A program made the translations under genes and the position numbers. Below, piece after piece: positions 45,773 through 58,287 of a DNA stretch of 64,000 nt. Below the pieces are notes generated by a model. That model was not told where the DNA came from and ran no database searches. It saw only the letters and a list, made by a program, of their open reading frames with translations. The DNA lies in NCBI RefSeq assembly GCF_044704955.1, contig NC_091987.1, positions 148,552,001 to 148,616,000 on the forward strand, written 5' to 3'. Numbering within the stretch: position 1 is the stretch's first letter; the number at the start of each line of letters is the position of its first letter. This DNA comes from Pristiophorus japonicus. Its lineage: Eukaryota.

Positions 45773-48700
45773 CGGGAGAGAGAGAGTGAGAGTAAAACAG
45801 GGAGGGAGAATGAAACAGGGAGAGTGAGAGAGAATGAAACAGAGAGAGAGTGAAACAGAGAGAGTGAGAGAGCGAGTGTGTGAAACAGGGAGAGTGAGAG
45901 TGAGATAGTGAAGCAGGCAGAGCGAGAGAGTCAAACAGGGAGAGGAAGAGTGCGGAAAAGAGTGAGAGAGTGAAACAGGGAAAATGAGAGAAAGAAGGAG
46001 AGAGCAAGAGAGAGAGAGTGAGAGTGAACCACAGAGAGGGAGAGAGTGAGAGAGATTGAAATAGGGAAAGGGAGTGAGAAAGAGTGAAATGGGGGAGAGA
46101 GAGAGAGAGAGAGAGTGAGGTGAAACATGGAAAGGGAGAGAAATAGAGAATGAGAGAAACAGGGAGAGTAAGAGAGAGAGTGAAACAGGGTGAGGGAGAG
46201 TGAGTGAAACAGGGAGAGTGAGAGAGAGAGAGAGAGTGAAACAGGGTGAGGGAGAGTGAGAGAGAGTGAAATAGAGAGTGTGAGTGAAACATGGAGAGGG
46301 AGAAATAGAGAGAATGAGAGAAATAGAGAGAGTGAGAGTGAAACAGGCAGAGTGAAACAGTGAGAGTGAGAGAGTCAAATAGGGAGAGTGAGAGAAACAG
46401 GGAGAGGGAGAGGAAGAGAGAGAAACAGAGAGAGTGAGAGAGAATGCATGAAACCGGGAGCGTGAAACAGGGAGAGTGCGAGTGAAACAGGGAGAGGGCG
46501 AGTGAAAAAGAGTGAAACAGGGAGAGGGAAACAGGGTGAGAGAGAGAGAAGCAGGGAGAGTGAGAGAGTGAAACCGAGAGAGGGAGAGTGAGTGAGTGAA
46601 ACCGGGAGAGGGAGTGAAACAGTGAGAGTGAGAGAGTCAAACAGGGAGAGAAAGAATGCGAAAGAGAGTGAGAGAGTGAAACAGAGAGTGAGAGCGAGCG
46701 AGAGAGAGAGAAGGAGAATGAGAGCGATTGAACAGGGAGAGAGAGAGAGAGGGAGAGTGAGAAAGAGTGAAACAGAGTGTGAGAGAGAGAGTGAAACAGT
46801 GAGAGTGTGAGAGAGAAACAGGGAGAGGGAGAGAGAGAAACAGGGAGAGGGAGAGAGAGAAAGAGAGTGAAACAGAGAGAGTGAGAGAGTGTGAAACAGG
46901 GAAAGAGAGAGAGGAGCAGGGAGGGTGAGGGTGAGAGTGAGTGAGTGAAATTGGGAGAGGGAGAGTGAGTGAGCGAAACAGGGAGAGTGAGAGTGAGGGA
47001 GAGTAAAACAGGGAGGGAGAGTGAGAGAGTGAAACAGGGAGAGTGAGAGTGAGGGAGAGTAAAACAGGGAGGGAGAGTGAGAGAGTGAAACAGGGAGAGT
47101 GAGAGAGAGTGAAACAGGGAGAGGGAGAGTGAGTGAAACAGGGAGAGTGAGAGTGAGGGAGAGTAAAACAGGGAGGGAGAGTGAGAGAGTGAAACAGGGA
47201 GAGTGAGAGAGAGTGAAACAGGGAGAGGGAGAGTGAGTGAAACAGGGAGAGTCAGAGAGAGAATGAGTGAAGCAGGGAGATGGAGAGTGAGAGAGCGTCA
47301 AACAGGGAGAGTGAGAGTGAGAGTGTGAAACAGGGAGAGTGAGAGAGAAGGTGGGTGAGAGAGAGAGAGAGAGAGAATGAAACAGGGAGAGGGAGAGAGT
47401 TAGTGAAACTGGGAGAGGAAGAGTGAGTGAAACAAGGAGAGGGAGAGGGAGAGGGAGAGTGAAACAGGGAGAATGTGAAACAGGGAGAGTGGGAGTCAAA
47501 CAGGGAGAGGAAGAGTGCGAAAGAGAATGAGAGAGTGAAATTGGGCGAGAGAGTGAAATGGAGAATGAGAGAAACAGGGAGAAGGAGAGAGAGTGAAACA
47601 GTGAGAGTGGGAGTCAAACAGGGAGAGGAAGAGTGCGAAAGAGAATGAGAGAGTGAAATTGGGCGAGAGAGTGAAATGGAGAATGAGAGAAACAGGGAGA
47701 AGGAGAGAGAGAGTGAAACAGTGAGAGTGAGTCAAAAAGGGAGAGGAAGAGTGCGAAAGAGAATGAGAGAGTGAAATAGGGAGAGTGAGAGGGAGAGTGA
47801 GAAAGAGTGAAACGGAGTGTGAGAGAGAGAGTGAAACAGTGAGAGTGAGAGAGTCAAACATGGAGAGTACGAGTGCGAAAGAGAGTGAGAGTGTGAAACA
47901 GGGAGAGTGAGAAAGAGAGCGAGAGTGAGAGAGAGTAAAACAGTGAGAGTGAGTGAAACATGGAGAGGGAGAGAAAAGAGAATGAGAGAAACAGGGAGCG
48001 TGAGAGTGAAACAGTGAGAGTGAGAATGTGAGAGAGAGAGGAAGGGAGAGAGAGAGAAACAGGGAGAGTGAGAGAGAATGCATGAAACAAGGAGAGTGAA
48101 ACAGGGAGTGGGAGAGTGAGAAAGAGTGAAACAGGGAGAAAGAGAGAGAGCGAGGGATTGAAACAGGGAGAGAGAGAGAGAGTGGAACAGGGAGAGCGAG
48201 AGTGAGATGGTGAAACCGGGAGAGTGAGAGTGAAACTAGGAGAATGAGACTGAGAGTGAAAAAGTGAGAGTGAGAGGGAGAGAGTGAAATAGTGAGAGTG
48301 AGAGAGTCAAACAGGGAGAGGAAGAGTGCGAAAGAGAATGAGAGAGTGAAACAGGGAGAGAGAGTGAAACAGGAAGAGTGAGAGAGAGAAACAGGGAGAG
48401 GGAGAGCGAGAAAGAGAGTGCAACATGGAGAGTGAGAGTGAAACAGGGAGGGAGAGTGAGAGAGTGAAACAGGGAGAGTGAGAGAGAGTGAAACAGGGAG
48501 AGAGGGAGAGTGAGTGAAACAGAGAGAGTCAGAGAGAGAATGAGTGAAGCAGGGAGATGGAGAGAGAGAGAATGAGTGAAGCAGGGAGATGGAGAGTGAG
48601 AGAGCGTCAAGCAGGGAGAGTGAGAGTGAGTGAGTGAAACAGGGAGAATGAGAGAGAGGGTGAGTGAGAGAGAGAGAGAGAATGAAACAGGGAGAGGGAG

Positions 48701-51700
48701 AGAGTTAGTGAAACCGGGAGAGGCAGAGTGAGTGAAACACGGAGAGGGAGAGGGAGAGTTAAACAGGGAGAATGTGAAACAGGGAGAGTGAGAGTCAAAC
48801 AGGGAGAGGAAGAGTGCGAAAGAGAATGAGAGAGTGAAATTGGGCGAGAGTGAAATGGAGAATGAGAGAAACAGGGAGAAGGAGAGAGAGTGAAACAGTG
48901 AGATTGAGTCAAACAGGGAGAGGAAGAGTGCGAAAGAGAATGAGAGAGTGAAACAGGGAGAGAGAGAGTGAGAGTGGGAGAGCAAAACAGGGAGAGTGAG
49001 AGGGAGAGTGTGTAAGAGTGAGTGAGAGTCAAACAGGGAGAGGATAGTTAAACAGGGATAGAGAGTGTGAAACAGGGAGAGGGGGAGAGAGGGAAACAGG
49101 GAGAGTGAGAGAGAAAGAGAGTGTGAAACAGGGTGAGAGAGTGAGTGAAACAGGGAGAGAGAGAGTGAGTGAGAGTCAAACAGGGAGAGGAAGAGTGTGA
49201 GAGTGAGAGTGAAACAGGGATAGAGAGAGAGTGAAACGGGGAGAGTGAGAGAGAGAGAGTGTGAAGCAGGGAGTGTGAGAGAGAGTTAAATGGAGAGAGT
49301 GAGTGAGAAAGTGAAAGAGGGCGAGAGAAAGAGTGAGAGAGAATGAAACAGGGTGAGTGAGAGTAAGAGAGTGAAACAGGGAGAGGAAGAGAGAGTTGGT
49401 GAGTGAGAGAGAGTATTAAACAGGGAGAGGGTGAGAGAGGGTGAAAGAGAGAGAGAGAGAGAGAGAGTGAAACAGTGAGAGTGTGAAAAGGGAGAGTGAG
49501 AGAGTGAAACAGGGAGAGTGTGAAAATGGAGAGTGAGAGAATAAAACAGTGAGAGTGAGAATGAGAGAGATTGAAACAGGGAGAGGGAGATCGAGAATGC
49601 AAGAGTGAAACAGAGAGTGGGAGAGAGAGAGAGTGAAACAGGGAGTGGGAGAGAGTGAGAGGGAGAGGGAGAGTGAGAGTGAAACTGGGAGAGTGAAAGT
49701 GACAGAGAGTTAGTGAGTGAGTGAGAGAGGGTGAGAGAGAGAATGAAATAGGGAGAGGGAGCGAGTTAGTGAAACCGGGAGAGGGAGAGTGAATGAAACA
49801 CGGAGAGGGAGAGGGAGAGAGAGAGAGAAACAGGGAGAGTGGGAAAGTGATAGAGTGAAACCGGGAGAGAGAGGGAAACAGGGAGAGTGAGAGATAGAGA
49901 GAGTGAAACAGTGAGAGTGAGAGTCAAACAGGGAGAGAAAGAGAGTGAGAGAGTGAAACAGGGAGAGTGAAACATGGAGAATGAGAATGTAAAACAGGGA
50001 AAGGGAGCGAGAGAGAGAGAGAGTGAGAGAAAGAGAGAGTGAAGCAGGGAAAGTGAGAGAGGGTGCGTAAAACTGGGAGAGAGTGAAACAGGGAGAATGA
50101 GAGAGTCAAACAGGGAGAGAGAGAGAGAGAGAAGCAGGAGAGTAAGAGTGAAACAGGGAGAGTGAGAGAGTGTGAAATAGGGAGGAAGGGAGAGAGAGAG
50201 AGCAGGGAGGGTGAGAGTGACAGTGAGAGTGTGAAACCGGGAGAGTGAGAATGAAACCGGGAGAGAGTGAGAGTGGGAGAGTGAGAGAGAGTGAAACAGA
50301 GAGAGTGAGTGAAACCGGGAGAGAGAGAGTGAGAGTAAAACAGGGAGGGAGAATGAAACAGGGAGAGTGAGAGAGAATGAAACAGAGAGAGAGAGTGAAA
50401 CAGAGAGAGTGAGAGAGCGAGTGAGTGAAACAGGAAGAGTGAGAGTGAGATAGTGAAGCAGGCAGAGCGAGAGAGTCAAACAGGGAGAGGAAGAGTGCGG
50501 AAAAGAGTGAGAGAGTGAAACAGGGAGAATGAGAGAAAGAGGGAGAGAGCAAGAGAGAGAGAGTGAGAGTGAACCACAGAGAGAGAGAGAGTGAGAGAGA
50601 TTGAAATAGGGAAAGGGAGTGAGAAAGAGTGAAATGGGGGGGAGAGAGAGAGAGAGAGAGTGAGGTGAAACATGGAAAGGGAGAGAAATAGAGAATGAGA
50701 GAAACAGGGAGAGTGAGAGAGAGAGAGAGTGAAACAGGGTGAGGGAGAGTGAGAGAGAGTGAAATAGAGAGTGTGAGTGAAACATGGAGAGGGAGAAATA
50801 GAGAGAATGAGAGAAATAGGGAGAGTGAGAGTGAAACAGGCAGAGTGAAACTGTGAGAGTGAGAGAGTCAAATAGGGAGAGTGAGAGAAACAGGGAGAGG
50901 GAGAGGAAGAGAGAGAAACAGAGAGAGTGAGAGAGAATGCATGAAACAGGGAGCGTGAAACAGGGAGAGTGCGAGTGAAACAGGGAGAGGGCGAGTGAAA
51001 AAGAGTGAAACAGGGAGAGGGAAACAGGGTGAGAGAGAGAGAAGCAGGGAGAGTGAGAGAGTGAAACCGGGAGAGTGAGAATGAAACCAGGAGAGTGAGA
51101 GTGAAACAGGGAGAGGGAGAGTGAGTGAGTGAAACAGGGAGAGGGAGAGTGAGTGAGTGAAACAGGGAGAGGGAGTGAAACAGGGAGATTGAGAGGGAGA
51201 GAGTGAAACAGTGAGAGTGAGAGAGTCAAACAGGGAGAGGAAGAATGCGAAAGAGAGTGAGAGAGTGAAACAGAGAGTGAGACCGAGCGAGAGAGAGTGA
51301 AGGAGAATGAGAGCGATTGAAACAGGGAGAGAGAGAGAGAGGGAGAGTGAGAAAGAGTGAAACGGAGTGTGAGAGAGAGAGTGAAACAGTGAGAGTGTGA
51401 GAGAGAAACAGGGAGAGGGAGAGAGAGAAAGAGAGTGCAACAGGGAGAGTGAGAGTGAAACAGAGAGAGTGAGAGAGTGTGAAACAGGGAAAGAGAGAGA
51501 GGAACAAGGAGGGTGAGGGTGAGAGTGAGTGAGTGAAATTGGGAGAGGGAGAGTGAGAGAGAGTGAAACAGGGAGAGTGAGAGTGAGGGAGAGTAAAACA
51601 GGGAGGGAGAGTGAGAGAGTGAAACAGGAAGAGAGGGAGAGTGAGTGAAACAGGGAGAGTCAGAGAGAAAATGAGTGAAGCAGGGAGATGGAGAAAGAGA

Positions 51701-54700
51701 GAATGAGTGAAGCAGGGAGATGGAGAGTGAGAGAGCGTCAAACAGGGAGAGTGAGAGTGAGAGAGTGAAACAGGGAGAGTGAGAGAGAGGGAGAGAGAGA
51801 GAGAGAGAGAATGAAACAGGGAGAGGGAGAGAGTTAGTGAAACTGGGAGAGGAAGAGTGAGTGAAACACGGAGAGGGAGAGTGAAACAGGGAGAATGTGA
51901 AACAGGGAGAGTGGGAGTCAAACAGGGAGAGGAAGAGTGCGAAAGAGAATGAGAGAGTGAAATTGGGCGAGAGAGTGAAATGGAGAATGAGAGAAACAGG
52001 GAGAAGGAGAGAGAGTGAAACAGTGAGAGTGAGTCAAACAGGGAGAGGAAGAGTGCAAAAGAGAATGAGAGAGTGAAACAGGGAGAGTGAGAGGGAGAGT
52101 GAGAAAGAGTGAAACAGAGTGTGAGAGAGAGAGTGAAATAGTGAGAGTGAGAGAGTCAAACAGGGAGAGGAAGAGTGCGAAAGAGAATGAGAGAGTGAAA
52201 CAGGGAGAGAGAGTGAAACAGGAAGAGTGAGAAAGAGAAACAGGGAGAGGGAGAGCGAGAGAGTGCAACATGGAGAGTGAGATTGAAACAGGGAGGAAGA
52301 GTGAGAGCGTGAAACAGGGAGATTAAGAGAGAGTGAAACAGGGAGAGAGGGAGAGTGAGTGAAACAGAGAGAGTCAGAGAGAGAATGAGTGAAGCAGGGA
52401 GATGGAGAGAGAGAGAATGAGTAAAGCAGGGAGATGGAGAGTGAGAGAGCGTCAAACATGGAGAGTGAGAGTGAGAGAGTGAAACAGGGAGAGTGAGAGA
52501 GAGGGTGAGTGAGAGAGAGAGAGCGAATGAAACAGGGAGAGGGAGAGAGTTAGTGAAACCGGGAGAGGAAGAGTGAGTGAAACACAGAGAGGGAGAGTGA
52601 AACAGGGAGAATGTGAAACAGGGAGAGTGGGAGTCAAACAGGGAGAGGAAGAGTGCGAAAGAGAATGAGAGAGTGAAATTGTGCGAGAGAGTGAAATGGA
52701 GAATGAGAGAAACAGGGAGAAGGAGAGAGAGTGAAACAGTGAGAGTGAGAGAGTCAAACATGGAGAGTAAGAGTGCGAAAGAGAGTGAGAGTGTGAAACA
52801 GGGAGAGTGAGAAAGAGAGCGAGAGAGAGGGAGAGTGAGAGAGAGTAAAACAGTGAGAGTGAGTGAAACATGGAGAAGGAGAGAAAAGAGAATGAGAGAA
52901 ACAGGAAGCGTGAGAGTGAAACAGTGAGAGTGAGAATGAGAGAGAGAGAGGAAGGGAGAGAGAGAGAAACAGGGAGAGTGAGAGAGAATGCATGAAACAA
53001 GGAGAGTGAAACAGGGAGTGGGAGAGTGAAAAAAGGTGAAACAGGGAGAAAGAGAGTGAGCAAGGGATTGAAACAGGGAGAGAGAGAGAGAAAGAGTGGA
53101 ACAGGGAGAGCGAGAGTGAGATGGTGAAACCAGGAGAGTGAGAGTGAAACTAGGAGAATGAGACTGAGAGTGAAAAAGGGAGCGTGAGAGGGAGAGAGTG
53201 AAATAGTGACAGTGATTGAGTCAAACAGGGAGAGGAAGAGTGCGAAAGAGAATGAGAGAGTGAAACAGGGAGAGAGAGTGAAACAGGAAGAGTGAGAGAG
53301 AGAAACAGGGAGAGGGAGAGGGAGAGAGAGTGCAACAGGGAGAGTGAGAGTGAAACAGGGAGAGTGAGAGTGAGAGAGTGTGAAACAGGGAGAGAGAGAG
53401 AGCGAGAGGAGCAGGGAGTGTGAGGGTGACAGTGAGTGAGTGAAACTGGGAGAGGGTGAGTGAGTAGTGAAACAGGGAGAGTGAGAGTAAGGGAGAGTAA
53501 AACAGGGAAGGAGAGTGAAAGAGTGAAACAGGAAGGGTGAGAGAGAGTGAAACAGGGTGAGAAGGAGAGTGAGTGAAACAGGGAGAGTCAGAGAGAGAAT
53601 GAGTGAAGCAGAGAAAGGGAGAGTGAGAGAGAGTCAAACAGGGCGAGTGTGTGAGTGAGAGAGTGAAACAGGGAGTGTGAGAGTGAGTGAAACGGAGAGA
53701 AACAGTGAGCGTGAGAGAATCAAACAGGGAGAATGAGTGAAACAGAGAGTGAGAGAGAGTGAAACAGGGAGAATGAGAGCGTGAAACAGAGAGTGAGAGT
53801 GAGAGAGCAACATAGGGAGAGTGAGAGAGAGAGAAAGAGAGTGAAAAAGTGAGAGAGGGAGAGGAAGAGTGTAAAAGTGAGAGAGTGAAACAGGGAGAGT
53901 GAGAGAAACAGGGAGAGAGAGGGAGAGAAAACCAGGGAGAGAGAGAGTGAGAGAGATTGAAACAGAGAGAGGGGGAGAGAGGAAAATGGGGAGTGAGAGA
54001 GAGAAAAAGAGAGTGTGAAACAGGGTGAGAAACAGGGTGAGTGAGAGATTGAAATCGGGAGAGTGAGAGTGAGAGAGAGTGAAACCGGGAGAGAGAGAGT
54101 GAGAGTGGGAGAGCAAAACAGGGAGAGTGAGAGAGAGAGAGTGTAAGAGTGAGTGAGAGTCAAACAGGGAGAGGAAGAGTGTGAGAGTGATAGTGAAACA
54201 GGGATAGAGAGAGTGAAACAGGGAGAGGGGGAGAGAGGGAAACAGGGAGAGTGAGAGAGAAAGAAAGAGAGTGTGAAACAGGGTGAGAGAGTGAGTGAAA
54301 CAGGGAGAGAGAGAGTGAGTGAGAGTCAAACAGGGAGAGGAAGAGTGTGAGAGTGAGAGTGAAACAGGGATAGAGAGAGAGTGAAACGGGGAGAGTGAGA
54401 GAGAGAGTATGAAGCAGGGAGTGTGAGAGAGAGTTAAATGGAGAGAGTGATTGAGAAAGTGAAAGAGGGCGAGAGAAAGAGTGAGAGAGAATGAAACAGG
54501 GTGAGTGAGAGAGTGAAACAGGGAGAGGGAGAGAGAGTTAGCGAGTGAGAGTATTAAACAGGGAGAGGGTGAGAGAAGGTGAAAGAGAGAGAGAGAGAGA
54601 GAGAGAGTGAAACAGTGAGAGTGTGAAAAGGGAGAGTGAGAGAGTGAAACAGGGAGAGTGTGAAAATGGAGATTGAGAGAATAAAACAGTGAGAGTGAGA

Positions 54701-57700
54701 ATGGGAGAGATTGAAACAGGGAGAGGGAGATCGAGAATGCAAGAGTGAAACAGAGAGTGGGAGAGAGAGAGAGTGAAACAGGGAGTGGGAGGGAGAGGGA
54801 GAGTGAGAGTGAAACTGGGAGAGTGAAAGTGACAGAGAGTTAGTGAGTGAGTGAGAGAGAGAATGAAATAGGGAGAGGGAGCGAGTTAGTGAAACCGGGA
54901 GAGGGAGAGTGAATGAAACACGGAGAGGGAGAGGGAGAGAGATAGAGAAACAGGGAGAGTGGGAGAGTGATAGATTGAAACCGGGAGAGAGAGGGAAACA
55001 GGGAGAGTGAGAGATAGAGAGAGTGAAACAGTGAGAGTGAGAGTCAAACAGGGAGAGGAAGAGTGCGAAAGAGAGTGAGAGAGTGAAACAGGGAGAGTGA
55101 AACATGGAGAATGAGAATGTAAAACAGGGAAAGGGAGCGAGAGAGAGAGAGAGTGAGAGAGAGAGAAAGAGAGAGTGAAGCAGGGAAAGTGAGAGAGGGT
55201 GCGTAAAACTGGGAGAGCGTGAAACAGGGAGAGTGAGAGAGTCAAACAGGGAGAGAGAGAGAGAGAAGCAGGAGAGTGAGAGTGAAACAGGGAGAGTGAG
55301 AGAGTGTGAAATAGGGAGGAAGGGGGAGAGAGAGAGCAGGGAGGGTGAGAGTGACAGTGAGAGTGTGAAACCGGGAGAGTAAGAATGAAACCGGGAGAGA
55401 GTGAGAGTGGGAGAGTGAGAGAGAGTGAAACAGGGAGAGTGAGTGAAACCGGGAGAGAGAGAGTGAGAGTAAAACAGGGAGGGAGAATGAAACAGGGAGA
55501 GTGAGAGAGAATGAAACAGAGAGAGAGAGTGAAACAGAGACAGTGAGAGAGCGAGTGAGTGAAACAGGGAGAGTGATAGTGAGATAGTGAAGCAGGCAGA
55601 GCGAGAGAGTCAAACAGGGAGAGGAAGAGTGCGGAAAAGAGTGAGAGAGTGAAACAGGGAGAATGAGAGAAAGAGGGAGAGAGCAAGAGAGAGAGAGTGA
55701 GAGTGAACCACAGAGAGAGAGAGAGTGAGAGAGATTGAAATAGGGAAAGGGAGTGAGAAAGAGTGAAATGGGGGAGAGAGAGAGAGAGAGAGAGTGAGGT
55801 GAAACATGGAAAGGGAGAGAAATAGAGAATGAGAGAAACAGGGAGAGTGAGAGAGAGAGAGAGTGAAACAGGGTGAGGGAGAGTGAAATAGAGAGTGTGA
55901 GTGAAACATGGAGAGGGAGGAATAGAGAGAATGAGAGAAATAGGGAGAGTGAGAGTGAAACAGGCAGAGTGAAACAGTGAGAGTGAGAGAGTCAAATAGG
56001 GAGAGTGAGAGAAACAGGGAGAGGGAGAGGAAGAGAGAGAAACAGAGAGAGTGAGAGAGAATGCATGAAACAGGGAGCGTGAAACAGGGAGAGTGAGAGT
56101 GAAACAGGGAGAGGGCGAGTGAAAAAGAGTGAAACAGGGAGAGGGAAACAGGGTGAGAGAGAGAGAAGCAGGGAGAGTGAGAGAGTGAAACCGGGAGAAT
56201 GAGAATGAAACCAGGAGAGGGAGAGTGAGTGAGTGAAACAGGGAGAGGGAGAGTGAGTGAGTGAAACAGGGAGAGGGAGAGTGAGTGAGTGAAACCGGGA
56301 GAGGGAGTGAAACAGGGAGATTGAGAGGGAGAGAGTGAAACAGTGAGAGTGAGAGAGTCAAACAGGGAGAGGAAGATTGCGAAAGAGAGTGAGAGAGTGA
56401 AACAGAGAGTGAGAGCGAGCGAGAGAGAGAGAAGGAGAATGAGAGTGATTGAAACAGGGAGAGAGAGAGAGAGGGAGAGTGAGAAAGAGTGAAACGGCGT
56501 GTGAGAGAGAGAGTGAAACAGTGAGAGTGAGAGAGTCAAACATGGAGAGTAAGAGTGCGAAAGAGAGTGAGAGTGTGAAACAGGGAGAGTGAGAAAGAGA
56601 GCGAGAGAGAGGGAGAGTGAGAGAGAGTAAAACAGTGAGAGTGAGTGAAACATGGAGAGGGAGAGAAAAGAGAATGAGAGAAACAGGAAGCGTGAGAGTG
56701 AAACAGTGAGAGTGAGAATGAGAGAGAGAGAGGAAGGGAGAGAGAGAGAAACAGGGAGAGTGAGAGAGAATGCATGAAACAAGGAGAGTGAAACAGGGAG
56801 TGGGAGAGTGAAAAAAGATGAAACAGGGAGAAAGAGAGTGAGCGAGGGATTGAAACAGGGAGAGAGAGAGAGAAAGAGTGGAACAGGGAGAGCGAGAGTG
56901 AGATGGTGAAACCGGGAGAGTGAGAGTGAAACTAGGAGAATGAGACTGAGAGTGAAAAAGGGAGCGTGAGAGGGAGAGAGTGAAATAGTGACAGTGATTG
57001 AGTCAAACAGGGAGAGGAAGAGTGCGAAAGAGAATGAGAGAGTGAAACAGGGAGAGAGAGTGAAACAGGAAGAGTGAGAGAGAGAAACAGGGAGAGGGAG
57101 AGAGAGTGCAACAGGGAGAGTGAGAGTGAAACAGGGAGAGTGAGAGTGAGAGAGTGTGAAACAGGGAGAGAGAGAGAGCGAGAGGAGCAGGGAGTGTGAG
57201 GGTGACAGTGAGTGAGTGAAACTGGAAGAGGGTGAGTGAGTAGTGAAACAGGGAGAGTGAGAGTAAGGGAGAGTAAAACAGGGAAGGAGAGTGAAAGAGT
57301 GAAACAGGGAGAGTGAGAGAGAGTGAAACAGGGTGAGAGGGAGAGAGAGTGAAACAGGGAGAGTCAGAGAGAGAATGAGTGAAGCAGAGAAAGGGAGAGT
57401 GTGTGAGTGAGAGTGAAACAGGGAGTGTGAGAGTGAGTGAAACGGAGAGAGAGAAACAGTGAGCGTGAGAGAATCAAACAGGGAGAGTGAGTGAAACAGA
57501 GAGTGAGAGAGAGTGAAACAGGGAGAATGAGAGCGTGAAACAGAGAGTGAGAGAGCAACATAGGGAGAGTGAGAGAGAGAGAAAGAGAGTGAAAAAGTGA
57601 GAGTGAGAGAGTCAAACAGGGAGAGGAAGAGTGTAAAAGTGAGAGAGTGAAACAGGGTGAGTGAGAGAAACAGGGAGAGAGAGGGAGAGAAAACCAGGGA

Positions 57701-58252
57701 GAGAGAGAGTGAGAGAGATTGAAACAGAGAGAGGGGGAGAGAGGAAAACGGGGAGTGAGAGAGAGAAAAAGAGAGTGTGAAACAGGGTGAGAAACAGGGT
57801 GAGTGAGAGATTGAAATCGGGAGAGTGAGAGTGAGAGAGAGTGAAACCGGGAGAGAGAGAGTGAGAGTGGGAGAGCAAAACAGGGAGAGTGAGAGAGAGA
57901 GAGTGTAAGAGTGAGTGAGAGTCAAACAGGGAGAGGAAGATTGTGAGAGTGATAGTGAAACAGGGATAGAGAGAGTGAAACAGGGAGAGGGGGAGAGAGG
58001 GAAACAGGGAGAGTGAGAGAGAAAGAAAGAGAGTGTGAAACAGGGTGAGAGAGAGAGTGAAACGGGGAGAGTGAGAGAGAGAGTGTGAAGCAGGGAGTGT
58101 GAGAGAGAGTTAAATGGAGAGAGTGAGTGAGAAAGTGAAAGAGGGCGAGAGAAAGAGAATGAAACAGGGTGAGTGAGAGAGTGAAACAGGGAGAGGGAGA
58201 GAGAGTTAGCGAGTGAGAGAGAGTATTAAACAGGGAGAGGGTGAGAGAGGGT

Positions 58253-58287
<35 letters not shown>

